The notes: generated by a model not told the origin, from the sequence alone. 54,153 bases of DNA from Candidatus Wolfebacteria bacterium (GCA_002401345.1 NVSU01000005.1:1-54153); one strand, 5' to 3'; shown: positions 8,116 through 16,004, counted from the stretch's first letter. Translations and numbers: made by a program.

Positions 8116-9366
8116 TTACCTACCGTACATAAGGCGATGACCACCGTAAAAGTTACGTGTTCCACCATGACTGTGTCCATAGTTGCCATACGACTCGTTT
8201 AATGTTCCACGAGGTCCACGGTGAACATGATGATTATTTCCATGATTACCATACGACTCGTTCAATATACCACGAGGTCGATAATAACTATTTACACGAC
8301 CATAACCAGCAAAGTAATTATTATTAAAAGTACTATATCGACTACCATAATAATATCCATGAAGAGCATCATAATATATTCCACCATATCCGCACGCTCG
8401 TCCATGGTTCACACGGCAATCATTGCAAAATGGAGATGAACGGTAATATCCAAGTCCATAGTAATATCCACGTCCAACTGAATATGATATTAATCCAGAA
8501 CTACATGTACCACGATGATACCCATTATGAGAGTTGCAATATGGAGAATACGTATAATAACGCGCTGGCTTCCTTTTTTGCACTACAGGCTGTTGAGTGT
8601 ACTCTTTAGTTTCAGCTTTTTGAGTAGAACTCTGAGCTGTTTGCTCGGGAAATGTATAGTTATTATTCACTATCACCGTACATCCTTTACATTCACTTTC
8701 CTTGATCACTTCTCTAATAATCGTCTCAACTGGTTTCTGTGTAACCACAGGTTCAGTATGAGTAACCACTAGATCAGGGGCGGGCTCAACGTTGGGCTCC
8801 ACTGGTACATTTTTCACAGGTTCTGCAATTACTGTTTCTGTAATTGTTTCCGTTACTACTACTGTTTCCACCTGAGCTTCAACTGATGCGTTTCTGAAAT
8901 CACGTATCGGATTATAGCACGATGACGAAACAATAAAGACACCTTCGAATTCAAACACATATTCACCTGGTCGAGAATCTCTTTTTCTCCACCCCACCTC
9001 ACCAGTTACTTTATGTAAACGAGCTAGTGTAATGTTGTCAGATTCTTTCCATGATGCTTCAACTATGTCTGAATTCAATAAAATCCATAATACATTTTCA
9101 GGAGTAGGAAAACTCTTAAAACCCCAATCATGAATTTTATTTAATGTATCGATTGTTTCAGCTAATGACATAATGAATACATCAACGGAGCAATTAAAAT
9201 GTGGACTTGTACCAGTCTTTTGACGTACTGCGTCCATTATATGCTCGGTTGATCCATTCACACCAGTTGAAAGTCCTCCTTTTCTGAAGTAATCCCAATC
9301 TCCTGCTAAAACAGAAGGTCCATAAGTCATAAAAATAACTAAAAATATTACAAAGAACTTTTTCAT
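8116..9366 (-). CDS. Secreted protein with a P/V/E/T-rich linker and a Tyr/Gly/Arg/His-rich Cys-containing C-terminal tail
   Basis: Signal-like MKKFFVIFLVIFMTYGPSVLA. The track start at 9387 is a GTG, so ATG 9366 is preferred. The N-domain is paralogous to the 9534-10064 product. Confidence 0.6.
   Translation of the reverse strand: MKKFFVIFLVIFMTYGPSVLAGDWDYFRKGGLSTGVNGSTEHIMDAVRQKTGTSPHFNCSVDVFIMSLAETIDTLNKIHDWGFKSFPTPENVLWILLNSDIVEASWKESDNITLARLHKVTGEVGWRKRDSRPGEYVFEFEGVFIVSSSCYNPIRDFRNASVEAQVETVVVTETITETVIAEPVKNVPVEPNVEPAPDLVVTHTEPVVTQKPVETIIREVIKESECKGCTVIVNNNYTFPEQTAQSSTQKAETKEYTQQPVVQKRKPARYYTYSPYCNSHNGYHRGTCSSGLISYSVGRGYYYGLGYYRSSPFCNDCRVNHGRACGYGGIYYDALHGYYYGSRYSTFNNNYFAGYGRVNSYYRPRGILNESYGNHGNNHHVHRGPRGTLNESYGNYGHSHGGTRNFYGGHRLMYGR
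8185..8279 (-). repeat. Two 32-nt direct repeats 63 nt apart inside the tail-coding region
   Basis: gccatacgactcgtttaatgttccacgaggtc (8185) versus accatacgactcgttcaatataccacgaggtc (8248). They encode RG(T/I)LNESYGN(Y/H)G. Confidence 0.7.
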
Positions 9367-9425
9367 ATCTTTCCGAATTAAGTCCACCTAAGGTAGACGG
9401 GTTATACAGTATTTTATTTAACCAA

Positions 9426-9454
9426 ATACTATCATAAATGATGTATTTTGTCAA
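9426..9454 (-). promoter_or_regulatory. Sigma70 promoter (TTGACA-N17-TAGTAT)
   Basis: Minus-strand reading: tgtcaa at 9449-9454, atacta at 9426-9431. Confidence 0.55.
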
Positions 9455-9481
9455 TATTGGGTGTTTTCTCCTATTACACAT

Positions 9482-9515
9482 AAAAAAATCCTACTTATAT
9501 CACTATAAGTAGGAT
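9482..9515 (-). terminator. Rho-independent terminator of the 9534-10064 gene
   Basis: atcctacttata-tcac-tataagtaggat 12-bp stem preceded by an A-run on the plus strand. Confidence 0.7.
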
Positions 9516-9533
9516 TGTTAATACCCTAAATCA

Positions 9534-10064
9534 CTATATCCTTAAATCATAAATGGTTTGACAACTATAGAGCGATAGAATAATTTTCCCTTTGTATTCA
9601 AGGAAAAGCTCTCCATCATATGCCGGTCGTGTCCCATATCCTGTGAATTTATTGGATTTGACATACAGTATCTTCATGTATTTTTCTTCTTCCTTGCTCC
9701 ATCCTGAGTCAACTATGTTACATTGACCAAGAATCCTAATAACAACATCTGCAGTCAACGTCTTGTTATCAAATCCCCAATAAGATTTTTTATTATGATA
9801 TCCTAAAATTAAATTTAATTGCAATATCATCTCTGCATATGCATTTACAAGTACATCGCCTTTACTTGATTTCATATAGACCTCAACAAATAAATGTTTT
9901 AGGTTCTCTTTATCTTTATCAAGAAGATATGCCCGAGTAACATTACAAAAAGTGTTCGTAATATATTTGCTCTGTATAAGTCCTCTATATGCTGGATTTG
10001 TTTTATTTTCTGAAACCGCGGTGGTAATGATGAATGTAAAAAAAATTACAAAGAACGTTTTCAT
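9534..10064 (-). CDS. Secreted hypothetical protein, paralog of the N-domain of the 8116-9366 product
   Basis: 176 aa with a signal-like N-terminus. WGFDNKTL..VDSGWSKEE..GELFLEYKGKIILSLYSCQTIYDL aligns with WGFKSFPT..VEASWKESD..GEYVFEFEGVFIVSSSCYNPIRDF. Confidence 0.6.
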   Translation of the reverse strand: MKTFFVIFFTFIITTAVSENKTNPAYRGLIQSKYITNTFCNVTRAYLLDKDKENLKHLFVEVYMKSSKGDVLVNAYAEMILQLNLILGYHNKKSYWGFDNKTLTADVVIRILGQCNIVDSGWSKEEEKYMKILYVKSNKFTGYGTRPAYDGELFLEYKGKIILSLYSCQTIYDLRI

Positions 10065-10088
10065 GTCTGAATGTTTTGATTCAGTAAT

Positions 10089-10116
10089 ATATTACCATAA
10101 TTATGTAAAATGTCAA
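10089..10116 (-). promoter_or_regulatory. Sigma70 promoter (TTGACA-N16-TAATAT)
   Basis: Minus-strand reading: tgtcaa at 10111-10116, atatta at 10089-10094. Confidence 0.55.
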
Positions 10117-10148
10117 TAAAAAAACCCCGCTCATTGCTGAGACGGGGC
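10117..10148 (-). terminator. Rho-independent terminator of the 10164-11732 gene
   Basis: ccccg...cgggg stem with an inner ctca/tgag extension and an A-run on the plus strand. Confidence 0.55.
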
Positions 10149-10163
10149 TTACTTTTGTGATTC

Positions 10164-11732
10164 TTAGAAATTCACACCAAATGTCACTACTCCAGTGTTA
10201 AACACTGAATGGTTTTCATTTACATATGCACCTTCCAAATCATAAGAACTAGACAGACTTTTGAATTTAGTACTCACAAATGCGAAATCCAAAAATATTT
10301 CTGTTCCATCATCATCTCCTCCAAGGAATCCGTGGAATCCAAAACCAGCACTCAGGCTGGACTTATTGAATGCTGCATCAAGCTTGCTTGACTTTGCACT
10401 CGTAGGATTTTCATGAGCTGGACTACCAGAAAGCTTGTACCCTGCTCTCACAGTGAAAATCTTTCCTACATCTGCCCGGCCTCCGATACCAATATTTGAC
10501 GTATTCTTATACGTCGATTGAATATCATCGTTTTCATCAAAAAATGATGATGTAGACCTCAAGCGTACATTTTGATAGTTAATCCATTTGTATGTGAGCC
10601 CAATGGCTGCGGTCTCCCAAATGAGAACTGTCACATCTGCTGCAAAATTCATTGGCGTTGATGTTTGATACAACGTCTCACGTAAACGAGATTGAATTGT
10701 ACCAAGGTCTCTATTGTCATCATATTCTGGTGTAATAGTTGATGCATCACTTTCGGTCATGGTCAGTACCGATGGAGCCTTAAAGGAACCACCGACCCTG
10801 AGCCAATAAATAGGCTTTGCCATGAAACCAACTTTCACATTGTATCCTTGAATCGTGGTAAGTACAGATTGAGTGTACAAAAACGATTTAAAAAACAAGA
10901 TCTCGTTATTCTGATCGACTTCCTTATGACTGATCTCCCTACTATAGAATCCGCGCTGCATAGCAAATGCGAGTCCTAAGTAGAACTTGTCATTGTAACT
11001 AGAACCTACAGACAATGCACTTTCCCATAATTTTCCAGTGGTCTCCGAAGAGTGATGTTGAAATACTCCCGCATTCGGCACAATGCTGTACCATACGGTT
11101 TCATCATTTATCTTTCCACCTGGATCAGGCTGAATGAGCAATGCTTCAAATGCAAGAGCTGCTGAACTCGTCGGGTCAAGCATTGATACATCAATACCTA
11201 CACCATTAGAGTTATGCGCATCTCGCATAAATACATCAATAAGTGAATTATCTTCATTGGACACCGAGTTTTTACTTCGGAAATGAAAATTATTCTGCCT
11301 ATTGAGAGAAAAGCCGACATTCAGCGCTTCCCATCCATCCAATCCGGCAATGCCACCCTCTTCATAGAGACTGAACACACCTGAGAGATTTGAAAAACCA
11401 AAATTCGAACTGTTATCACTACTCACAATCTCAACTTGAGTTTCATTATCAATTTTACCGGGGTAAAAAGAAGATGATCCTTGCATAAAGACTGCGGGTG
11501 AAAATGAAAAACCTGATTTCTTAGCCAATCCAATCACAGCTGGATTTCCGTTATTGATGTATGAGGGATCATATGTATCACCCACATTACTTCCGGCTGA
11601 TCCAATATATGCTGCGGTTCCGATTGGAGAAATTGGCTCTACGACAACAATAGCGTCTTCACCATTTTGTGCATTACTTTCAAAATTAATTGAGAAATAA
11701 AAAATAGACAGAAAAATTACGATTTTCTTCAT
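10164..11732 (-). CDS. Outer-membrane-like beta-barrel candidate (FadL/TodX-like?)
   Basis: 522 aa. Signal peptide ending SNA-Q. GNPAVIGLA resembles the NPAGLA motif near FadL-family N-termini. Amphipathic alternating segments run throughout. C-terminal VVTFGVNF ends in Phe like a BAM beta-signal. Confidence 0.45.
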   Translation of the reverse strand: MKKIVIFLSIFYFSINFESNAQNGEDAIVVVEPISPIGTAAYIGSAGSNVGDTYDPSYINNGNPAVIGLAKKSGFSFSPAVFMQGSSSFYPGKIDNETQVEIVSSDNSSNFGFSNLSGVFSLYEEGGIAGLDGWEALNVGFSLNRQNNFHFRSKNSVSNEDNSLIDVFMRDAHNSNGVGIDVSMLDPTSSAALAFEALLIQPDPGGKINDETVWYSIVPNAGVFQHHSSETTGKLWESALSVGSSYNDKFYLGLAFAMQRGFYSREISHKEVDQNNEILFFKSFLYTQSVLTTIQGYNVKVGFMAKPIYWLRVGGSFKAPSVLTMTESDASTITPEYDDNRDLGTIQSRLRETLYQTSTPMNFAADVTVLIWETAAIGLTYKWINYQNVRLRSTSSFFDENDDIQSTYKNTSNIGIGGRADVGKIFTVRAGYKLSGSPAHENPTSAKSSKLDAAFNKSSLSAGFGFHGFLGGDDDGTEIFLDFAFVSTKFKSLSSSYDLEGAYVNENHSVFNTGVVTFGVNF

Positions 11733-11777
11733 GATTTGAAAATTAAATTAACAATGTTCGGTTTATTATCTGGCTAT

Positions 11778-11805
11778 ATTATACATAAGTCATGAAAAAT
11801 GTCAA
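11778..11805 (-). promoter_or_regulatory. Sigma70 promoter (TTGACA-N16-TATAAT)
   Basis: Consensus boxes on the minus strand. Shares the 14-nt tattatacataagt with the promoter at 12689-12716. Confidence 0.65.
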
Positions 11806-11812
11806 TAGACAT

Positions 11813-11843
11813 AAAAAACCCCTTACATATTAAATGTAAGGGG
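11813..11843 (-). terminator. Rho-independent terminator of the 11862-12644 gene
   Basis: ccccttacat-attaa-atgtaagggg 10-bp stem preceded by an A-run on the plus strand. Confidence 0.7.
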
Positions 11844-11861
11844 TGTGAGGGTGAAAAAAGA

Positions 11862-12644
11862 TCAATTAGTTGAAACTGAATTAGTTTCCGCTCGCCGAAG
11901 CCAAGGAGATCCCGAAGAATTCTTCTCATTTCTCGTCTCAAATTCAGCTGCAGCCATAAAACTGAATCCCTCAGTATAGCGATACTTACCCTCATCCTTT
12001 ATCTTCTTAAGGGCCTTAATCACTGGATCAAGTTCCTTGCTTTTATTGCGTGGGTCAGTAAGTTTCCTTAGCCTTGTTTCCAATTGAGCTTTTTCCTCAA
12101 GACGTATGTGTCGATCTCTCGCCTTCTCATCCGGAGGTACATTTGCTTTTTCTATGATTTTAGTTTCAATACCTGAAATCAAGGCCAAGCGATGCCTTTC
12201 AACTAAAAAATTGGTAACGACATCATCCAACGGAGTACAGTAAAGGATGACAACCGTCCCCTTTTCTTGAAAATATTTCATCATTGTTGAAAGATCTTCA
12301 TTAATTCCAATTCGGACACTTTGATTTCCCACATTACTGTGTACAAAACCGCTGTCTGTTTTTGTCGCATACGCTATCATTTCACCCAAAAAAGCTCCTG
12401 CCAATACCGTGACAAATTTTGATCCTCCGGTTTTCCTGAAATTCTCATCAACCTCATAAACTGCGATCCGTGTTACATACGGAGCTCCTACAATTTGTAA
12501 TGAGTTGATTTTGAAATCTATTACATAAGGTCTCAACTTGGCATCAGCCTCAGGTGGCTCTGGAATGACATTTTGAGCATACGCTCCGTTTGTAATTAAA
12601 AACAAACCTGAAAATACAACTAAAAGTTTGATTACTTTTTTCAT
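11862..12644 (-). CDS. Secreted hypothetical protein
   Basis: 260 aa. Signal MKKVIKLLVVFSGLFLITNGAYA-Q. The only gene in the window that I found ending in TGA. Confidence 0.55.
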   Translation of the reverse strand: MKKVIKLLVVFSGLFLITNGAYAQNVIPEPPEADAKLRPYVIDFKINSLQIVGAPYVTRIAVYEVDENFRKTGGSKFVTVLAGAFLGEMIAYATKTDSGFVHSNVGNQSVRIGINEDLSTMMKYFQEKGTVVILYCTPLDDVVTNFLVERHRLALISGIETKIIEKANVPPDEKARDRHIRLEEKAQLETRLRKLTDPRNKSKELDPVIKALKKIKDEGKYRYTEGFSFMAAAEFETRNEKNSSGSPWLRRAETNSVSTN

Positions 12645-12688
12645 AACTTTATAATTTAATTAGTAATGTTCAATTTGGTTCTGGCCGT

Positions 12689-12716
12689 ATTATACATAAG
12701 TGTCAAAAATTGTCAA
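12689..12716 (-). promoter_or_regulatory. Sigma70 promoter (TTGACA-N16-TATAAT)
   Basis: tgtcaa at 12711-12716, attata at 12689-12694 (minus-strand reading). Confidence 0.65.
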
Positions 12717-12780
12717 GTATTTACAAAGCCCCCTATTTCCATGCATTTGCAGTGCTATTTTGCTATACTTGAACCAAATC

Positions 12781-14484
12781 ATGCCTACCTTTGATGAAGA
12801 AAAACAGAAGAAAAAACTAGAGGAGCTACGAAAACAAGAGGAGGAGGAACTTGTGGAAGTTCTCGCTGAGTCAAAATACAACCTTCCATATATAAATTTA
12901 GCAGCTGTTCCTATAGATAATGAATCACTCAGAATTATACCTGAAGAAGAATCTAAAAAATTAGAAGTTGGACCATTTAAACTTCTCGGAAAAAAAATAG
13001 ATATCGCTGTCATTTCACCTCAGAAACAAAATGTACAACAACTAAAACAAACACTTGAACAAAAAGGCTTTGAGGTTACGTATTACATGGCCTCTCATCA
13101 AAGCATACAAAAAATATGGAGTCGTTATGCAGAAATATCATTGGCGGAACAAGCCAAAGCGGGCGGACTTGATGTCTCTGGTGATGTATTGATCACAATT
13201 GGAGAACGAATTAAAAAGATTTCTGATGTTGAGTCAGTAATAAAAGAAGAAACAGCAAAAACAAAAATACATAAGATTTCCGTCATGCTTGAGATTATTC
13301 TTGCGGGTGCAATTGCCATAAATGCATCTGATGTACATATTGAAGCTGAAGAAGATGATGTGCTTGTTAGATTTCGTCTTGATGGAGTATTGCAAGATAT
13401 AATGCACATAGATTTTAAGACATATAAATTTATTAACTCGAGAATCAAACTTCTCTCAGGAATGAAAATAACAAATGTAGCCGAGGCGCAGGATGGAAGG
13501 TTTAGTATTTTCCTAAAAGAAAATGAAGTAAACGTGCGAACTTCAACTGTTCCAGGACAATATGGAGAATCAATAGTTATGAGAATATTGAATCCAGAAT
13601 CCATTCAGGTTGAACTTAGTGAACTTGGAATTGCTCCCGACTTGTTAGATATTTTTGAAAAAGAAATCAGGAAGCCAAATGGTCTTATACTTGTTACTGG
13701 ACCTACTGGTTCTGGTAAAACAACCACACTCTATGCCTTTCTGCGAAAGATATATTCACCTGACCTTAAAATAATAACCATTGAAGACCCAGTAGAATAT
13801 CACCTCAAGGGAATCACTCAGACTCAGACTGATCATGATAAAGGGTATGATTTTCTCGCTGGTCTACGTGCGGCACTCAGGCAAGATCCTGATATCCTAA
13901 TGGTCGGGGAAATTCGAGATTCAGAAACTGCAAAAATAGCCATTGATGCATCACTTACAGGTCACATTGTCTTTTCTACACTTCACACCAATAATGCAGC
14001 AGGTGTAATACCTCGACTGTTTGACCTTGGTGTAAATCCAAAAATTATTCCTTCAGCACTCTCACTTTCAATTGCACAACGGCTTCTAAGAAAACTTTGT
14101 GTTACATGTAAAAAAGAAAAAACTCCTACAAAAGAGGAGGGGGAGATAATACGAAGTATTTTGAAAAATGCTGAAGCAGTGGGCAAAAACATAACTGCGC
14201 ACGGTGCAAGTGTGGACCAAGACATTGTCCTTTGGGATGCAGTCGGATGTGAAGAGTGTAATAACACTGGATATAAAGGGCGAATTGGAGTATTTGAAGC
14301 AATACTTTCAGATGAAGCAGTTGAAAATATAGTAAATACAAATCCAAGTGAAAGAGAAATAAAAAAGGCAACATTGCCACAAGGAATTCTTAATATGAAA
14401 GAGGATGGAATAATCAACAAAGTACTTACAGGTGTCACTACACTAGATGAACTAAAGAAGGTTGTTGATATATTTGAAGAATAG
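12781..14484 (+). CDS. GspE/PilB-family type II secretion / type IV pilus assembly ATPase
   Basis: T2SSE N-domain-like start, Walker A GPTGSGKTTT, GEIRD, and a C-terminal tetra-Cys (CVTC...CEEC). Start set at ATG 12781 because the track start at 12700 is a GTG overlapping the divergent promoter. No other pilus genes lie next to it. Confidence 0.85.
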   Translation: MPTFDEEKQKKKLEELRKQEEEELVEVLAESKYNLPYINLAAVPIDNESLRIIPEEESKKLEVGPFKLLGKKIDIAVISPQKQNVQQLKQTLEQKGFEVTYYMASHQSIQKIWSRYAEISLAEQAKAGGLDVSGDVLITIGERIKKISDVESVIKEETAKTKIHKISVMLEIILAGAIAINASDVHIEAEEDDVLVRFRLDGVLQDIMHIDFKTYKFINSRIKLLSGMKITNVAEAQDGRFSIFLKENEVNVRTSTVPGQYGESIVMRILNPESIQVELSELGIAPDLLDIFEKEIRKPNGLILVTGPTGSGKTTTLYAFLRKIYSPDLKIITIEDPVEYHLKGITQTQTDHDKGYDFLAGLRAALRQDPDILMVGEIRDSETAKIAIDASLTGHIVFSTLHTNNAAGVIPRLFDLGVNPKIIPSALSLSIAQRLLRKLCVTCKKEKTPTKEEGEIIRSILKNAEAVGKNITAHGASVDQDIVLWDAVGCEECNNTGYKGRIGVFEAILSDEAVENIVNTNPSEREIKKATLPQGILNMKEDGIINKVLTGVTTLDELKKVVDIFEE

Positions 14485-14519
14485 CTGAATCAAGGAGCGA
14501 AGCGACTATGATGAATTTA

Positions 14520-14618
14520 CCCCGCCCCCTATGCTCGTTGAATTGATTTCATAGTAGGTAGGGTTTTATAATAACGAATATTATTTTATTGGTTTAATAA
14601 AAAGCTTAGAGGGCGGGG
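14520..14618. repeat. Gene-less relic of the GIY-YIG cassette
   Basis: Bounded by ccccgcccccta (14520-14531) and tagagggcgggg (14607-14618), the same inverted repeat that bounds the intact GIY-YIG gene at 16005-16253. Retains ccccgccccctATGCT followed by an early stop. Confidence 0.7.
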
Positions 14619-14671
14619 TTCTCAAAAAATATATTTCGCTTCTCTACATTATTTTTTGGAAAATAAAAAAA

Positions 14672-14819
14672 GCACAAATCTCTAAACAATCTCTTTTATT
14701 AATGAAAATAAAAGTAACATACGTTTGAAGGATAGATCCAGCGCTCTCACCAAGGTGAGAACCACATCGTCCTTTCGCACGCACATCTAGGCGGAACCTG
14801 ATAGTTTAGAGATTTGTAC
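14672..14819. repeat. 148-nt element closed by a 16-nt inverted repeat (MITE-like element or structured RNA)
   Basis: gcacaaatctctaaac (14672-14687) pairs with gtttagagatttgtac (14804-14819) with one mismatch. Internal hairpins cttttatt/aataaaag and ctcacc-aag-gtgag. No ORF. Confidence 0.45.
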
Positions 14820-14880
14820 CTTCTTAATGAACAGGAAACTTATTGTACTATACATGTTCCTGTCGAAGAATTTGATTTTG

Positions 14881-14909
14881 TTAATAAACCTGTGGATAAA
14901 TGATATAAT
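14881..14909 (+). promoter_or_regulatory. Candidate ruvB promoter (TTAATA-N17-TATAAT) with a perfect DnaA box in the spacer
   Basis: TATAAT at 14904-14909. TGTGGATAA (reverse complement of TTATCCACA) at 14891-14899. Confidence 0.45.
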
Positions 14910-14946
14910 TACTATATCAAAAATATCATATCATAACTGATTAATT

Positions 14947-15972
14947 ATGTCAAGCGATTCAAAACAATCCGACCCAAAAAAGCCTGAAACAGTTGGTTAT
15001 TTAGACCAGACACTTCGTCCAGATAACTGGGATGAATACATTGGACAACAGCATATTAAAGATAATGTTCGCATATTGCTGCAAGCCGCAGAAGAACGGG
15101 GACAACCTTCGGAACATCTTCTCTTTCATGGTCCACCCGGTCTTGGAAAAACGACATTAGCCCATCTTATTGCTCATGAGACTGGACGACAAATAAAGGT
15201 AACGTCAGGTCCTGCCATAGAAAAAGTGGGTGACCTTGCATCTATTCTTACAAATCTTTCTCCTGGTGACATAGTCTTTATAGATGAAATTCATCGTTTG
15301 AATAAAATGGTTGAAGAAATTCTCTATCCAGCCATGGAGTCAGGAGTGCTGGATATTATTATTGGAAAAGGACCTTCTGCACGAACAATTCAACTTGAAC
15401 TTCCCCCATTTACACTTATAGCGGCTACCACTCGTATTGCACTTCTCTCTTCTCCACTACGTTCTCGATTTTCTGGTGGATCATTCCGTCTCGAATTTTA
15501 TACAAACGAAGAACTAGGTGAAATAATAAAACGATCAAGTGCACTTCTTGAAACAAATGCTGATGAAGATGCATTGGAGGAAATCGCCAAAAGGAGTCGT
15601 TATACTCCACGAACAGCGAATTACTTTTTAAAACGCTGTCGAGATTATGCTCAAGTTCATAAAAAAAATCTTGATAAAGACTCAGTGTGCAAAGCACTTG
15701 AGTTACTTGAGGTAGATGACATCGGACTTACTTCATCAGACAGAAAAGTACTTTCGGTTATTATTGAAAAATTCGGTGGTGGGCCTGTAGGTTTAAAAAC
15801 TATTGCAGCCGCAACAAGTGAAGAAGAGGCCACAATCGAAGAAGTTATAGAGCCGTATTTAATACAATCAGGTTTATTAGAAAAAACTCCTCGAGGACGC
15901 ATGGTGACTGCTCGTGCATATACACATTTACAATTTAACCTTCCTGAACACATTCAGGAGAAATTATTATAA
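14947..15972 (+). CDS. ruvB: Holliday junction branch migration helicase RuvB
   Basis: LLFHGPPGLGKTTLA Walker A, FIDEIHRL, TRIALLSSPLRSRF, RGTPRIA-like YTPRTANYFLKR. Confidence 0.95.
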   Translation: MSSDSKQSDPKKPETVGYLDQTLRPDNWDEYIGQQHIKDNVRILLQAAEERGQPSEHLLFHGPPGLGKTTLAHLIAHETGRQIKVTSGPAIEKVGDLASILTNLSPGDIVFIDEIHRLNKMVEEILYPAMESGVLDIIIGKGPSARTIQLELPPFTLIAATTRIALLSSPLRSRFSGGSFRLEFYTNEELGEIIKRSSALLETNADEDALEEIAKRSRYTPRTANYFLKRCRDYAQVHKKNLDKDSVCKALELLEVDDIGLTSSDRKVLSVIIEKFGGGPVGLKTIAAATSEEEATIEEVIEPYLIQSGLLEKTPRGRMVTARAYTHLQFNLPEHIQEKLL

Positions 15973-16004
15973 ATTAAGGAGTAAAACGATTATAATTTAT
16001 ATAA

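Noticed and set aside
11862-11864. Possible UGA reassignment (code 4 or 25), because nearly every gene I checked ends in TAA or TAG.
   Set aside because: All long housekeeping ORFs (pnp, polA, dnaA, PBP1A and others) are intact under the standard code, so TGA is not used as a sense codon in them. The gene 11862-12644 ends in TGA immediately before its terminator hairpin. The scarcity of TGA looks like a compositional bias, not recoding.
12690-13013. Antisense or overlapping ORFs from the six-frame track. Examples: 1727-2107, 2231-2443, 3114-3545, 6474-6902, 7179-7589, 12690-13013, 13125-13604, 13983-14438, 15657-15953, 16277-16642, 17761-18036, 29887-30507, 31444-31878, 34063-34377, 43266-43538, 44196-44564, 45133-45492, 49908-50282, 50744-51124, 53071-53415.
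   Set aside because: Each lies entirely inside, and antisense to or out of frame with, a longer ORF that has clear family motifs. Their compositions are low-complexity (S/F/I/L-rich), as expected for shadows in AT-rich DNA. 34063-34377 reads PPARLAEASSKRAGG only because the palindromic element is open on both strands.
14804-14819. gtttagagatttgtac superficially resembles type II CRISPR repeat or anti-repeat starts (GTTTTAGAG...).
   Set aside because: It is a single occurrence paired with its own inverted copy 117 nt upstream. There is no repeat-spacer periodicity anywhere in the window and no cas gene.
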